Part shown: one piece after another, positions 47,764 to 57,116 of the stretch
How positions within the stretch are numbered: the stretch's first letter is position 1
How the letters are laid out: the number at the start of each line of letters is the position of its first letter
Source: an uncultured Alphaproteobacteria bacterium
GTDB lineage: Bacteria; Pseudomonadota; Alphaproteobacteria; Methylaequorales; Methylaequoraceae
Direction of reading: 5' to 3'
DNA length: 64,000 nt
Assembly (NCBI GenBank): GCA_902550225.1
Contig: CACCYL010000003.1
Coordinates: forward strand, 6,213-70,212
Translations under genes and position numbers: made by a program
The notes under the pieces: model-generated
What the model was told of the DNA's origin: nothing
Databases searched by the model: none
What the model saw: the letters and a program-made list of their open reading frames with translations, nothing else

Positions 47764-47819
47764 TAATTCAAATTCCGTTAAAATCACGTTAATGTCAGTT
47801 TGAATTGGGCAAGGATTAC
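47764..47819 (+). repeat. Degenerate copy of the tRNA-Leu(CAA) 3' half; att-like remnant 3
   Basis: An ungapped hand alignment to 33336-33391 gives 39/56 matches, including ATTCAAA, TCCGTT, ATGTC and GTT blocks in register. Confidence 0.45.
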
Positions 47820-47875
47820 TGCAAAAAATTTTTCTCTTTTGTGAATTATATTTTTTTAATAGATTTAAACTTGAA

Positions 47876-48856
47876 ATGAAAAAAAATATTGCTGTTATAG
47901 GCGCAGGTTTAGCAGGAATAACTGTTGCCTCTTTGATGAAAGAAAATTTTGATGTAAAGGTTTTTGAAAAATCTAAAAATGTAGGTGGAAGAATGTCAAC
48001 CCGAAGAGAGACTCCATTTAATTTTGATCACGGAGCCCAATTCTTTAAAATAGACACAGGTGATTTTAAAAATTTTCTTTTAGATTTATTTACTCAGAAA
48101 ATAATAGAGCCGTGGAACTTTAGACTTGCATATTTTGAAGGTAAATATTTAAACAAAATTAAGTTGATCGAAGATGGAGATAAATTTTTTGTCGGCGTAC
48201 CAAATATGGACTCTATTGTTAAACATCTGTCTAAAAACTGTAACGTAATTTTAAGTACAAAAATTGAAAGAATAGTTAGGAAAAATTATAAATGGAATCT
48301 TTATGACCAAAATAAAAAATCATGTGGCTTATATGATTGGGTAATATTGAGCATTCCAGCTCAGCAATCATTGGAGTTAATTTCAAATAAAATTTCTTTT
48401 TATTCTTCAATTGAAAAGATAAAAATGAAAGGCTGTTTTTCTTTGATGGTCGGAATGAACAAACCACTTAATTTAGACTATGATGCAGCACTAGTCGAAA
48501 ACGAAGATATAGCTTGGTTCGCTATAAATAATTCTAAACCCGGTAGAATCAATAAACATTGTTTAATAATTAACTCTTCTTATGAATATGCTTCTAAAAA
48601 TATGAATACCTCTAAAGAAAAAGTTTTAAAACATTTATTATGTAAGTCTAGTAAGTTTCTAAATTATGATTTATCGAAATCAAATATAATCAAAATTCAT
48701 CAATGGAAATATGTTGAAGCTGAATGTTCTCCTATAGAAAATTTTTTTATTGATCACAAAGCGAAAATTGCAGTTTGTGGTGATTGGTTTATTAATAGTA
48801 GAGTTGAGGGCGCATTTATTAGCGCTAATGAACTTTCTAAAGAAATTAGAAAATAA
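47876..48856 (+). CDS. NAD(P)/FAD-dependent oxidoreductase (COG3380 / renalase-like)
   Basis: IAVIGAGLAGITVA...VFEKSKNVGGRMSTRR...FDHGAQFF motifs. Confidence 0.65.
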   Translation: MKKNIAVIGAGLAGITVASLMKENFDVKVFEKSKNVGGRMSTRRETPFNFDHGAQFFKIDTGDFKNFLLDLFTQKIIEPWNFRLAYFEGKYLNKIKLIEDGDKFFVGVPNMDSIVKHLSKNCNVILSTKIERIVRKNYKWNLYDQNKKSCGLYDWVILSIPAQQSLELISNKISFYSSIEKIKMKGCFSLMVGMNKPLNLDYDAALVENEDIAWFAINNSKPGRINKHCLIINSSYEYASKNMNTSKEKVLKHLLCKSSKFLNYDLSKSNIIKIHQWKYVEAECSPIENFFIDHKAKIAVCGDWFINSRVEGAFISANELSKEIRK

Positions 48857-49207
48857 TTTTCTAATTTAAGCATTCAGAAAAGAATAAATAAATATTTAGA
48901 ACCAAAACTTTTAATTTAAAAAATGAGTCTATTTCAAGCTACAATAACTTAATTTAATTAATTTGAAGACATAATATTTCCACTTGATTTTTCAGATGAT
49001 AAGATTAGCATTTAAAAATTATTCTTGAAGATTAAAAAACTAATTAAAATAATTGCCTATTGATTTAACCTTAGTTTAAAATTTATGGATGAATTTGATT
49101 TAATAAAAAAAATATTTTGGTCTCTACTAATTTTAATTTGTTTACTTTTTATTTTGGTAAATATCTTTTTTGTTTTTTAAAGAACTTAGTTATAATGAGT
49201 TCCCTTT

Positions 49208-51697
49208 CTATTCATTTCTTAATAATGAATAAATATTTAAATTAAAATACCTTCTGTTTGATACTAATAAGGTCAATACTAATACTTTCAAAGATATTCC
49301 AGATATTAGAAAAGGAATTTTAAAAGAAAAATACCATTCAATATTAAAAAAAACTGTTATTAGGATATAGGTAAGTATGAAAGCAAAAAATAATGAAAAG
49401 AACATAATTGGTACAAAAATTATTAGAGACTCAAATAGTAGTAATTTGATAATACCAATTCGTTCGTAACCTAAGATTCTAAAGACTAGATTTTGATAAA
49501 CTTTTAAATTCCCCATTACACTTATTGCATTCGAAACTACAACAAGGCCGATCGCAACAACAAAACCTGACATAAAAATACTAATAATAAACATCTTATC
49601 TAAAAAATTCTTAGTTTTATTTATATAATCGGATAATTTGATATAAGTAATATTTGGTAATTTATTTAATAGTTCATTAAGATTTACTAGTTCTCGATTT
49701 TCAAACTTAATGGTAGACATGAATTCATGAGGAATGTTAGATGCATATTTAGGATTAAATAGAATTGCAAAATTAATATTCAAATCCTTATAATTTACTG
49801 TTCTAAAGTTCGTAATAACTCCAGAAACTGAATTTCCGTAAATATTAAATCTAATTGAATCTCCAATTTTTAAATTCAAGTCTTTTGCAACCTTAAAATC
49901 TAAGGAAAGTTTCAATTTTTTTGTTTCGTCAAAATTCCACCATTCACCCTCTATAACTTGATTATTAGAGGGAGGAACTTTAAACCACGATATTCTTCTT
50001 TCACCATTAACAAACCAATAGCTTTCATTTTTTTTATTAACAAATTCTTTGGGAGGTATATTATTTATCGCTTCAATCCTTGCAGCAATAATTGGAACAA
50101 TTTGTTGCTTTGCTTGATTATCAATCTCATAAATTTGTTTTGAGAATAAATTTTTCTCATCTTTTTGTATTCCTAAAAAAAAATAATCAGGAGCGTCTCT
50201 AGGTATAGAACTATGAATTTCTCTGTTAATATTAGAAGATAAAATCCCTAAAAATAATAAAGTAGTTACACCTACTCCCATAGTCATAATTATCATTGAA
50301 TTTAGACTTTGATAATGATCTAGATTTTTAATTCCTATTTTAAAAGAAATATTTTGTATATTTTTAATTTTATTCAAAATTAAAATATAAAATTTGGACA
50401 GATAGTAATAAAAACAAGTTATAATAAAAAAGAAAAAAAAGAAAAAGGCTGTTTGAAGGGGTTTTACATTTATAATACAAAATGTAGAAATAAAAATTAG
50501 TAAATATATAACCATTTCTGATATTGATTTTCTGTTATAATTAAAGCTCAAGTTTGAATTACTATTTCTAAATAAATTTCTAACTTTTATTTGGTTAATA
50601 GTGTCTAAAGCTGGTTTAGCAAAGATGAGAAAAATTACTGCACTAAAGAATTGAATAACTAAAAATTCGTATATTTTGAATTCAACTTTAAGTTCAATTT
50701 TTAGTAAATTTGAAAGAATATTATCAAAAAATGTAATTAAAAATAAGCCTAAAATATAAGTAATTAAAGAACAAAAAAAAAGAATCGTAAGCATTTGAAG
50801 ATAGTATAAAACCTTTATATTTTTAGAGCTCAACCCTAATGATTTGTAAATTGCAATCTTCATCTGATTATGACTAAGAAATGAAAGTAGTGAGTTCTTT
50901 AGGCCTATACCAGAGATCAGAATAGCTGATGCTGAAACAATGGTTAAAAAATAGATAAAATTCTCTATAGTCTTTTTTAGATTCTGACTTATATCTTTCG
51001 GGAGTTTTATAGAAATATCTTTATCTTTGGTTAAATACTGAGGTATCTCTTGTTTAGAATTTTTATTCAACATTTTGTATTTATAATTTATAAAACTTCC
51101 GAGATTATTTATTTTAAAATTTTCAAATCCAGATTTATTTATCAGAGCTTGATCTCCAAAGAGAAAATAACTTCCTATTTCTGGAAGGCTATCAATTACA
51201 CCAATAACTTCGTATTCAAAATTTTGTATTCTAATTTTATCACCCAGTTTAAGATCAAGATTATTTTTTGTTGTTTTGTCAATTAGAATACCGTCTGACC
51301 GATTCTTTAAAATTTGTAGTGAATTACGGGGCTCAACCTTGACTTCTCCAACCAGTGGATAAAAATTATCAATCACTTTAATTCTTGTGGCCTTACTTTC
51401 TTTTTTATTAGTTTTTATAATAGATGTGAATTCAATAACCTCTGTTATTAAAAATTTTTTTTTTAAATTTTCCAATAAATCTGAATTTAAAACTTTATTT
51501 TTTGTTGATATTTCAAAATCACCACCAAGAAGAATCTTTGAATTATTTTTTATTTCATTTACAATACTATTTTTGAAAATTGTAACTGTTGAAAAAATTA
51601 ATAAACTTACAAAAATTGTGAAAAAAACCCTAGTAATTTTGGATTTATTTTTAGTTAACTCTTTAATATAAATTAAAAAATATTTTTTGTAGGTCAT
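49208..51697 (-). CDS. ybbP: ABC transporter permease, FtsX-like duplicated (YbbP type)
   Basis: 829 aa with two FtsX-type 4-TM modules separated by soluble domains. Follows ybbA, and tesA lies divergent. Confidence 0.8.
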   Translation of the reverse strand: MTYKKYFLIYIKELTKNKSKITRVFFTIFVSLLIFSTVTIFKNSIVNEIKNNSKILLGGDFEISTKNKVLNSDLLENLKKKFLITEVIEFTSIIKTNKKESKATRIKVIDNFYPLVGEVKVEPRNSLQILKNRSDGILIDKTTKNNLDLKLGDKIRIQNFEYEVIGVIDSLPEIGSYFLFGDQALINKSGFENFKINNLGSFINYKYKMLNKNSKQEIPQYLTKDKDISIKLPKDISQNLKKTIENFIYFLTIVSASAILISGIGLKNSLLSFLSHNQMKIAIYKSLGLSSKNIKVLYYLQMLTILFFCSLITYILGLFLITFFDNILSNLLKIELKVEFKIYEFLVIQFFSAVIFLIFAKPALDTINQIKVRNLFRNSNSNLSFNYNRKSISEMVIYLLIFISTFCIINVKPLQTAFFFFFFFIITCFYYYLSKFYILILNKIKNIQNISFKIGIKNLDHYQSLNSMIIMTMGVGVTTLLFLGILSSNINREIHSSIPRDAPDYFFLGIQKDEKNLFSKQIYEIDNQAKQQIVPIIAARIEAINNIPPKEFVNKKNESYWFVNGERRISWFKVPPSNNQVIEGEWWNFDETKKLKLSLDFKVAKDLNLKIGDSIRFNIYGNSVSGVITNFRTVNYKDLNINFAILFNPKYASNIPHEFMSTIKFENRELVNLNELLNKLPNITYIKLSDYINKTKNFLDKMFIISIFMSGFVVAIGLVVVSNAISVMGNLKVYQNLVFRILGYERIGIIKLLLFESLIIFVPIMFFSLFFAFILTYILITVFFNIEWYFSFKIPFLISGISLKVLVLTLLVSNRRYFNLNIYSLLRNE

Positions 51698-51699
51698 AT

Positions 51700-52368
51700 T
51701 TAAAGCTTTATCTGGCCATCCATCAACTTCATTATTCTGTCACACTTTCGCGCAAGATTCATGTTATGAGTTACTAGAATTAAGCAAATTTTTTTTTTTC
51801 TCGAATATTCTAAAAGTAAATTAGAAACCAGTTCCGTATTCTTACTATCTAAATTTCCCGTAGGCTCATCAGCTAACACAATTTCTGGATCAAATGAAAT
51901 TGCTCTTGCAATAGCCACCCTCTGTTGTTCACCTCCAGATAGTTCTGAGGGAAGGTTATTTTTACGATTCACCAAACCGAAATCTTCAAGAATTGAGATA
52001 GCTTTTTCTTTTTCATTGTTAATTTTATTAATTTGCATCGGAAACATAACATTCTCGAGAGCGGTATAATTAGGTATTAAAAAAAATTGTTGAAATATCA
52101 GTCCAATTTTTTTTTTTCTTATTTCAGTCCTTCTTTTTTCATTAATTTTAGATAAATCTTCTTTATCGAAAATAATTGAACCATTAGTTGGAGTTTCTAA
52201 ACCAGACATAAGCATTAAAAGACTAGTTTTTCCAGATCCACTCTCACCAATAATAGCTACTCTTTCGTTTTTTTTAATTTCAAAATTTATATTTTTTAAA
52301 ATTTTGATATTATTTCCATTTAACAAATAATTAAGATTTATGTTTTTAAGTTTATACAGAGCGTTCAT
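51700..52368 (-). CDS. ybbA: ABC transporter ATP-binding protein (YbbA type)
   Basis: Canonical GESGSGKTS, LSGGEQQRVAIARA, VLADEPTGNLD and VTHN motifs. Confidence 0.88.
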   Translation of the reverse strand: MNALYKLKNINLNYLLNGNNIKILKNINFEIKKNERVAIIGESGSGKTSLLMLMSGLETPTNGSIIFDKEDLSKINEKRRTEIRKKKIGLIFQQFFLIPNYTALENVMFPMQINKINNEKEKAISILEDFGLVNRKNNLPSELSGGEQQRVAIARAISFDPEIVLADEPTGNLDSKNTELVSNLLLEYSRKKKICLILVTHNMNLARKCDRIMKLMDGQIKL

Positions 52369-52981
52369 ATTAAGTTTTCTATTATATCTTTTTATTGGTG
52401 TAAACTTTATATCAACGAAAGCATATTGTAACCTAAAAGTTGCATTATTTGGAGATAGCCTAATGTCTGGATACGGGTTAGATGAGGAATTTCACTTGTC
52501 TAACGTTTTAGAGAAGAACCTAAAAAAAAAAGGATTCGATGTTACAATTATAAATGCTAGTGTTTCTGGAGATACCACATCTGGTGGACTTAATAGATTG
52601 AGTTGGCTACTTGAAAATAAAAAACTTGATATTGTGATTTTGTGTTTAGGAGCTAATGATATGTTAAGAGGAATTAATACAGATTTAATAAAACAAAATT
52701 TAAATAGTATTCTAGAAATTTTGCACAAAAAAAACATTAAGATACTCCTCGCTGGTATGCTTTCACAAGAAACTTATGGAAATAAATATAAAACTAATTT
52801 TGATGAAATTTATCCTGAACTTGCAAGTAAACATAAAGTTGCTTTTCTTCCTTTTTTATTAGAAGGAGTGGCACTTAATCCAAATCTTAATTTAGACGAT
52901 GGGAAGCATCCAAATCCCAAAGGAGTCAAATTAATAAGTAAAAACCTTGAGAAACAATTAATTAATCTTCTTACAAATTAA
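52340..52981 (+). CDS. tesA: SGNH/GDSL arylesterase / acyl-CoA thioesterase I
   Basis: Signal peptide, FGDSLMSGYG (block I), GANDMLRG (block III) and DGKHPN (block V). Confidence 0.8.
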   Translation: MFLSLYRAFILSFLLYLFIGVNFISTKAYCNLKVALFGDSLMSGYGLDEEFHLSNVLEKNLKKKGFDVTIINASVSGDTTSGGLNRLSWLLENKKLDIVILCLGANDMLRGINTDLIKQNLNSILEILHKKNIKILLAGMLSQETYGNKYKTNFDEIYPELASKHKVAFLPFLLEGVALNPNLNLDDGKHPNPKGVKLISKNLEKQLINLLTN

Positions 52982-53081
52982 TTTTTTTTTATTATTGTTA
53001 TACAACATATTAAAAATTGTAAAGAAACTCTTAGTTTGTTAAAGTATAAAAACTTTTATATTATCTAGTAGGGGTGTTGCT

Positions 53082-53909
53082 TTGGAAATTAAAAAATTTA
53101 AATTAAACGACGGTACATATTTTAGATATAAAAAGATTGGTAAAGGTAAGCCAATCCTTCTTCTACATACTTTCAGGAATAGATTAGAATACTCTGATAA
53201 ACTTGCCGAATTACTTAAAAGTAAGAATACTGTATACTCAATTGATCTTCCTGGTTTTGGAGACTCACCGATAAACTCTAAAACAATTTATGATCTTAAT
53301 TTTTTTACAAATTCTATCACTGAATTTATAAAAAACTTAAAAATCAATAATCTTAGAATTGCCGGAGAGTCTATCGGTGCGGTTTTATCTGCAAGCGTTT
53401 CTACAAGACTTCCAAAACAAGTAAAAAAAATTTTTATGTTTAACCCATATGATTATGACTCATATTTTGGGGAAGGAATTCGAAGAGGTAATTTTTTTGC
53501 AAAATTTATTTTATTTAATATAAGTCTACCTCTTATTGGAAACATATTTTCAAGTCTCGAAAATAAGTTTATTCTTAAAAATGTTATGGGAGGTGGTTTC
53601 ATCAATCCAAGAAATCTCTCAGATGAATACTTAAACTTACTATGTACTTCTTTAAAAAAAAAGGATTACGTTTATCATTTCCGAAATGTTCTGCAAAAAT
53701 TTAAAGAAAATAATGAAATTAAAGAAATTTATAAAAAAACCAAAGTACCAGTCAAACTTGTATACGGAATTGATGATTGGGCAAATGAATCTGAAAGGCG
53801 TCAAACGCAAAGGCTTTTAAAGCTGGATAAATACCATATAATTGATAATTGTAAGCACTTCTCATTCTTAGAAAATTCAAAAGACGTTTTTAATATTTTG
53901 AATGCTTGA
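53082..53909 (+). CDS. Alpha/beta hydrolase fold protein
   Basis: LLLHTF, GESIGAV nucleophile elbow and a late C-terminal His (CKHF). TTG start preceded by AGGGGTG. Confidence 0.72.
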   Translation: MEIKKFKLNDGTYFRYKKIGKGKPILLLHTFRNRLEYSDKLAELLKSKNTVYSIDLPGFGDSPINSKTIYDLNFFTNSITEFIKNLKINNLRIAGESIGAVLSASVSTRLPKQVKKIFMFNPYDYDSYFGEGIRRGNFFAKFILFNISLPLIGNIFSSLENKFILKNVMGGGFINPRNLSDEYLNLLCTSLKKKDYVYHFRNVLQKFKENNEIKEIYKKTKVPVKLVYGIDDWANESERRQTQRLLKLDKYHIIDNCKHFSFLENSKDVFNILNA

Positions 53910-53966
53910 ATATTAAATTTTCGGTTTATAATAGAGTGAACAATTTAAAAACTTAAGGAGTGAATT

Positions 53967-54698
53967 ATGGAAAAAGTAGCTTTTATATCAGGTGCAAACA
54001 GAGGAATAGGATTTGAAACTGCAAAAAAGCTTGCAGAGAAAGGAATAAAAGTCATTTTAGGCTCAAGAGACCTAAATAAAGGAGAAGAAGCCTTAAAAAA
54101 ATTATCTTCTCAAGGACTAAATGCTGACTTAGTTCAATATGACGCATTTGATTCTGAATCTCCACAAAGGGTTTTTGATCATATCCAGAAAAATTACCAA
54201 AAACTTGATATATTAATAAATAATGCAGGTGTCCTCTTAACAGGAAACTTATTTGTTACTAATAGTTCTACTGTAAGTGAGAAAGATCTAAAAGATACAT
54301 TTCAAACAAATTTTTTTGGAGTTGTGACACTTACGCAAAAATTACTTCCATTAATTAAAAAATCAGATGCAGGGAGAATCGTAAATGTTTCGACAATTTT
54401 AAGTTCTTTAACCTTACATTCTGCAAAAGATTCTCCAATTTCTCCGGCCAAGGAACTTGCATACAATTCTTCAAAAACAGCCTTAAATGCTTTTACTATT
54501 CATCTAGCACTCGAACTGAAAGATACAAATATTAAAGTTAATTCTGGGCATCCTGGATGGGTAAAAACTGAACTAGGTGGGCCAAATGCTCCAATTGAAG
54601 TAGAAGATAGTTACAAAACATCTGTACATCTTGCTATTTTAAATGATGATGGACCTAGTGGAGGGCTATTTGATGAAGAAGACTCTTTACCATGGTGA
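53967..54698 (+). CDS. Short-chain dehydrogenase/reductase (carbonyl-reductase-like)
   Basis: SGANRGIGFE, NNAG and YNSSK motifs. AAGGAG RBS upstream. Confidence 0.85.
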   Translation: MEKVAFISGANRGIGFETAKKLAEKGIKVILGSRDLNKGEEALKKLSSQGLNADLVQYDAFDSESPQRVFDHIQKNYQKLDILINNAGVLLTGNLFVTNSSTVSEKDLKDTFQTNFFGVVTLTQKLLPLIKKSDAGRIVNVSTILSSLTLHSAKDSPISPAKELAYNSSKTALNAFTIHLALELKDTNIKVNSGHPGWVKTELGGPNAPIEVEDSYKTSVHLAILNDDGPSGGLFDEEDSLPW

Positions 54699-54735
54699 AA
54701 TTTTTAATTTTATAAATTTTATAACAAAAAATTTA

Positions 54736-55134
54736 ATGATAAATACTAAATTTATACTCTTAACTATTTTTTTTTTTTCGACATATCTACTTGATGTAAA
54801 AGCCAAAAATTATGATTCTATGCAATTCACCTGTGCAGACGAAATCGGACCCCTACTAGAATTTAAAATACCTGAACTACAAGTTGGAAAATTAAAAAAT
54901 TTAAAAATAAAAACTTTTGATAAAATTAAAAGAGGATCCTCAACTGTGTTTGAAGGTGTTATAAAAAAGGTTTCAAGTCCGATAGATAATTCTTATTTTT
55001 TTTATAAAGCCAATACAATCTTGAAAGAAAAAGACATCTTTGAAATTAGTTTTGAATTTTATCCACCGTCACATCTCTTAATTAAATATCTAAATTCTCA
55101 ATACTCTGATTTAGTGTGCTGGAATAATCAATAA
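54736..55134 (+). CDS. Hypothetical secreted protein
   Basis: Start set at MINTKFILLTIFFFSTYLLDVKA (signal peptide). Two Cys residues. No recognisable domain. Confidence 0.45.
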   Translation: MINTKFILLTIFFFSTYLLDVKAKNYDSMQFTCADEIGPLLEFKIPELQVGKLKNLKIKTFDKIKRGSSTVFEGVIKKVSSPIDNSYFFYKANTILKEKDIFEISFEFYPPSHLLIKYLNSQYSDLVCWNNQ

Positions 55135-55219
55135 ATCTAGATAGAATATAAGTTTTATTTCTTCAAAACTTTTTTTTGATTTTTTGATATGGTTAATATT
55201 AATCATTTAAAATGTAAAC

Positions 55220-56116
55220 TCAGCTTGGTGTTTGACCATTAAATTTTTTGAGTGCTTTAATTAAGTCGTCAATTCTTTTTTCTTTTATATATATACGAAA
55301 TTCTGATTTTTTGGTTGCAATCTCACTAACAGAACCATCTAGTAAAACATCAAATATTTTCCATGTATTATCTTTTAAATGCAATAAATAATCTATGCTT
55401 ATTTTTTCTTGTTTAATAATAAGATTACTTCTAACTAAAAAAAAATCTGACGAAATTTTTTCTTTTTTTTCATTGCTAAAACTTACATCTTGAATTTTTG
55501 AGAATCGATTTACATAATTTTTTGAAATATATTTTTTAAAAACCACGATTAATTCCTTCTTTTTCTCATTATCTTGATTTTTCCAAGCTGCTCCGATTAT
55601 CATTTTAAGCATTTTTTCAGCATCGTAAGTTCGATTGATTACTTTTAATACTTTTTTTAAATCAGAATTATTGTTTGAACTAATTTGTTTAAGTCCTTTA
55701 TGTAAAAGATTCACCGTCATCATTGGATCCTCAGAATCTTTGAATGAATCTTTTTTTTTTGTATTTAAGTTTAGTGATAGTTTTTCTTTATCTTTTTTAA
55801 TTTCTCTTTTTGCAATATTATCATTTTTGGTTTTCTTATTAAAAGCGTCTTTCACATTTGAATTTTGTACTTCTAGATCCTTATTCGAAAAAACTAAATC
55901 TTCTTTTTTTTTAAATTCAATAGGTTCTTTTTCTTCGAGCAAATTATTTTTAGTTTGTAGTTGAGATTTAGAGCTCGATTTTTCATAGTCGTTTTCGGAA
56001 TCACTAACAAAATTTAAGCTCGATTCTAGTAATATTACTACAATAATAGGTAACAACATTAATCCTAAAATATTGAAAACTTTATTCTTAGAATTTTTTT
56101 TTTTTTTGAAGTTCAT
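55220..56116 (-). CDS. MlaC/Ttg2D-like lipid-binding periplasmic protein with long K/E/S-rich N-terminal linker
   Basis: The C-terminal ~150 aa (MIIGAAWKN..FKKYISKNYVNRF..WKIFDVLLDGSVSEIATKKSEF) resemble the MlaC family. Residues ~35-135 are low complexity. Confidence 0.6.
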   Translation of the reverse strand: MNFKKKKNSKNKVFNILGLMLLPIIVVILLESSLNFVSDSENDYEKSSSKSQLQTKNNLLEEKEPIEFKKKEDLVFSNKDLEVQNSNVKDAFNKKTKNDNIAKREIKKDKEKLSLNLNTKKKDSFKDSEDPMMTVNLLHKGLKQISSNNNSDLKKVLKVINRTYDAEKMLKMIIGAAWKNQDNEKKKELIVVFKKYISKNYVNRFSKIQDVSFSNEKKEKISSDFFLVRSNLIIKQEKISIDYLLHLKDNTWKIFDVLLDGSVSEIATKKSEFRIYIKEKRIDDLIKALKKFNGQTPS

Positions 56117-56173
56117 ATCTTTATAATTTATAAGATAAAAATTGATAATTTATATCGCAATACTTTTTTTTAA

Positions 56174-56806
56174 ATGATTAAAAAGCACTTTGAAGAAGCT
56201 AAATTATGGCAAATTAAATATAGTCAAAAAGACTATAACCCAAAATTAATCTTTAATGATTCAAAATCTAAAAAAGATATTCTTTTTTCTCTTAGTTTCT
56301 TTTTGGTAATGATGACTATAGAGATTTTATTTAATCAACCTTTCAAAAAAAAAATAAAGCTATTACATAACAACATTTATAAAAAGATTTTTTCCAAAAG
56401 ATTTGAAAAGTTAGAACGAATTGAAGTTAATTCTTTTGCTTTTAGTTTTTTTTTAATTCTACAAAAATTATTTGAAGAAGAAGAAAGATTTAAATCTTAC
56501 TCTAATGATCTCATTAAACATTCTATTAATCACTGGTCATGTATTGAAAAAGTTGAGAAAGATTTCTTAACTCGGTATCACTTAGTAAATAACCTATGGA
56601 ATGAAAATAGTAAATTAGTTTTGTCTCGAACCTATGATTCTAGAATTGACTTAATTTTTCTCTTATATAAAAGTTTCGAATTAGGGATAAGTAATAAAAC
56701 TATAATAAAAAAAAATCTTTCGGTATTAATTTTTTCAGTTAGCAAAGCCCAAAAAGATTTTAGATATGATGTTTTGCAGGAAATAAAAAAAAAAAAAATT
56801 TTATGA
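56174..56806 (+). CDS. Hypothetical protein
   Basis: 210-aa ORF with one or two hydrophobic segments. No recognisable motif. Confidence 0.4.
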   Translation: MIKKHFEEAKLWQIKYSQKDYNPKLIFNDSKSKKDILFSLSFFLVMMTIEILFNQPFKKKIKLLHNNIYKKIFSKRFEKLERIEVNSFAFSFFLILQKLFEEEERFKSYSNDLIKHSINHWSCIEKVEKDFLTRYHLVNNLWNENSKLVLSRTYDSRIDLIFLLYKSFELGISNKTIIKKNLSVLIFSVSKAQKDFRYDVLQEIKKKKIL

Positions 56807-56976
56807 AATTTATTTTCACCCATCTATTCTTTCCAAAATGAAAAAATATTTTTTATAAATATTCTTATTTTAAATTCTATTTTTTGTGCATGAGAAAAAA
56901 TTTAATGAGAATTTTTATATAAATTAATCCTTCTTTTTTTGATAAATAGGTACTATATTCTTTTTAGGAGAATTGT

Positions 56977-57111
56977 ATGAACAATAAAAACGAATGTGGA
57001 TGTGGAAGATCACCCACAGGCTTTTGTATAGGTTGGCACAACCTTTCAGAAACTGATTATAAAGCCAAACTTGCTATATATGAAGAACGCCAAAAAAATA
57101 AAAAACAATAG
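56977..57111 (+). CDS. Small Cys-rich protein, 44 aa
   Basis: Absent from the supplied ORF track (its shortest listed ORF is 60 aa). TAGGAG RBS 6 nt upstream of the ATG. Translation MNNKNECGCGRSPTGFCIGWHNLSETDYKAKLAIYEERQKNKKQ has a CxC...C..H metal-knuckle-like pattern followed by a basic helix. Confidence 0.45.
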   Translation: MNNKNECGCGRSPTGFCIGWHNLSETDYKAKLAIYEERQKNKKQ

Positions 57112-57116
57112 TAAGA

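Noticed and set aside
33394-47819. Searched the island for an integrase, transposase, IS inverted repeats, phage genes, toxin-antitoxin pairs, restriction-modification or other defence genes
   Set aside because: No ORF showed recombinase (R..H..R..Y), DDE, HTH/PIN or nuclease/ATPase defence-type motifs. All sizeable ORFs have envelope or metabolic signatures. The absence is reported as part of the island finding rather than as a feature.
49085-49180. 31-codon ORF encoding a single-TM peptide (MDEFDLIKKIFWSLLILICLLFILVNIFFVF) in the 351-bp gap upstream of ybbP's 3' end
   Set aside because: It is plausible as a small membrane protein, but there is no RBS and no conservation evidence. Hydrophobic runs arise easily from T-rich sequence.
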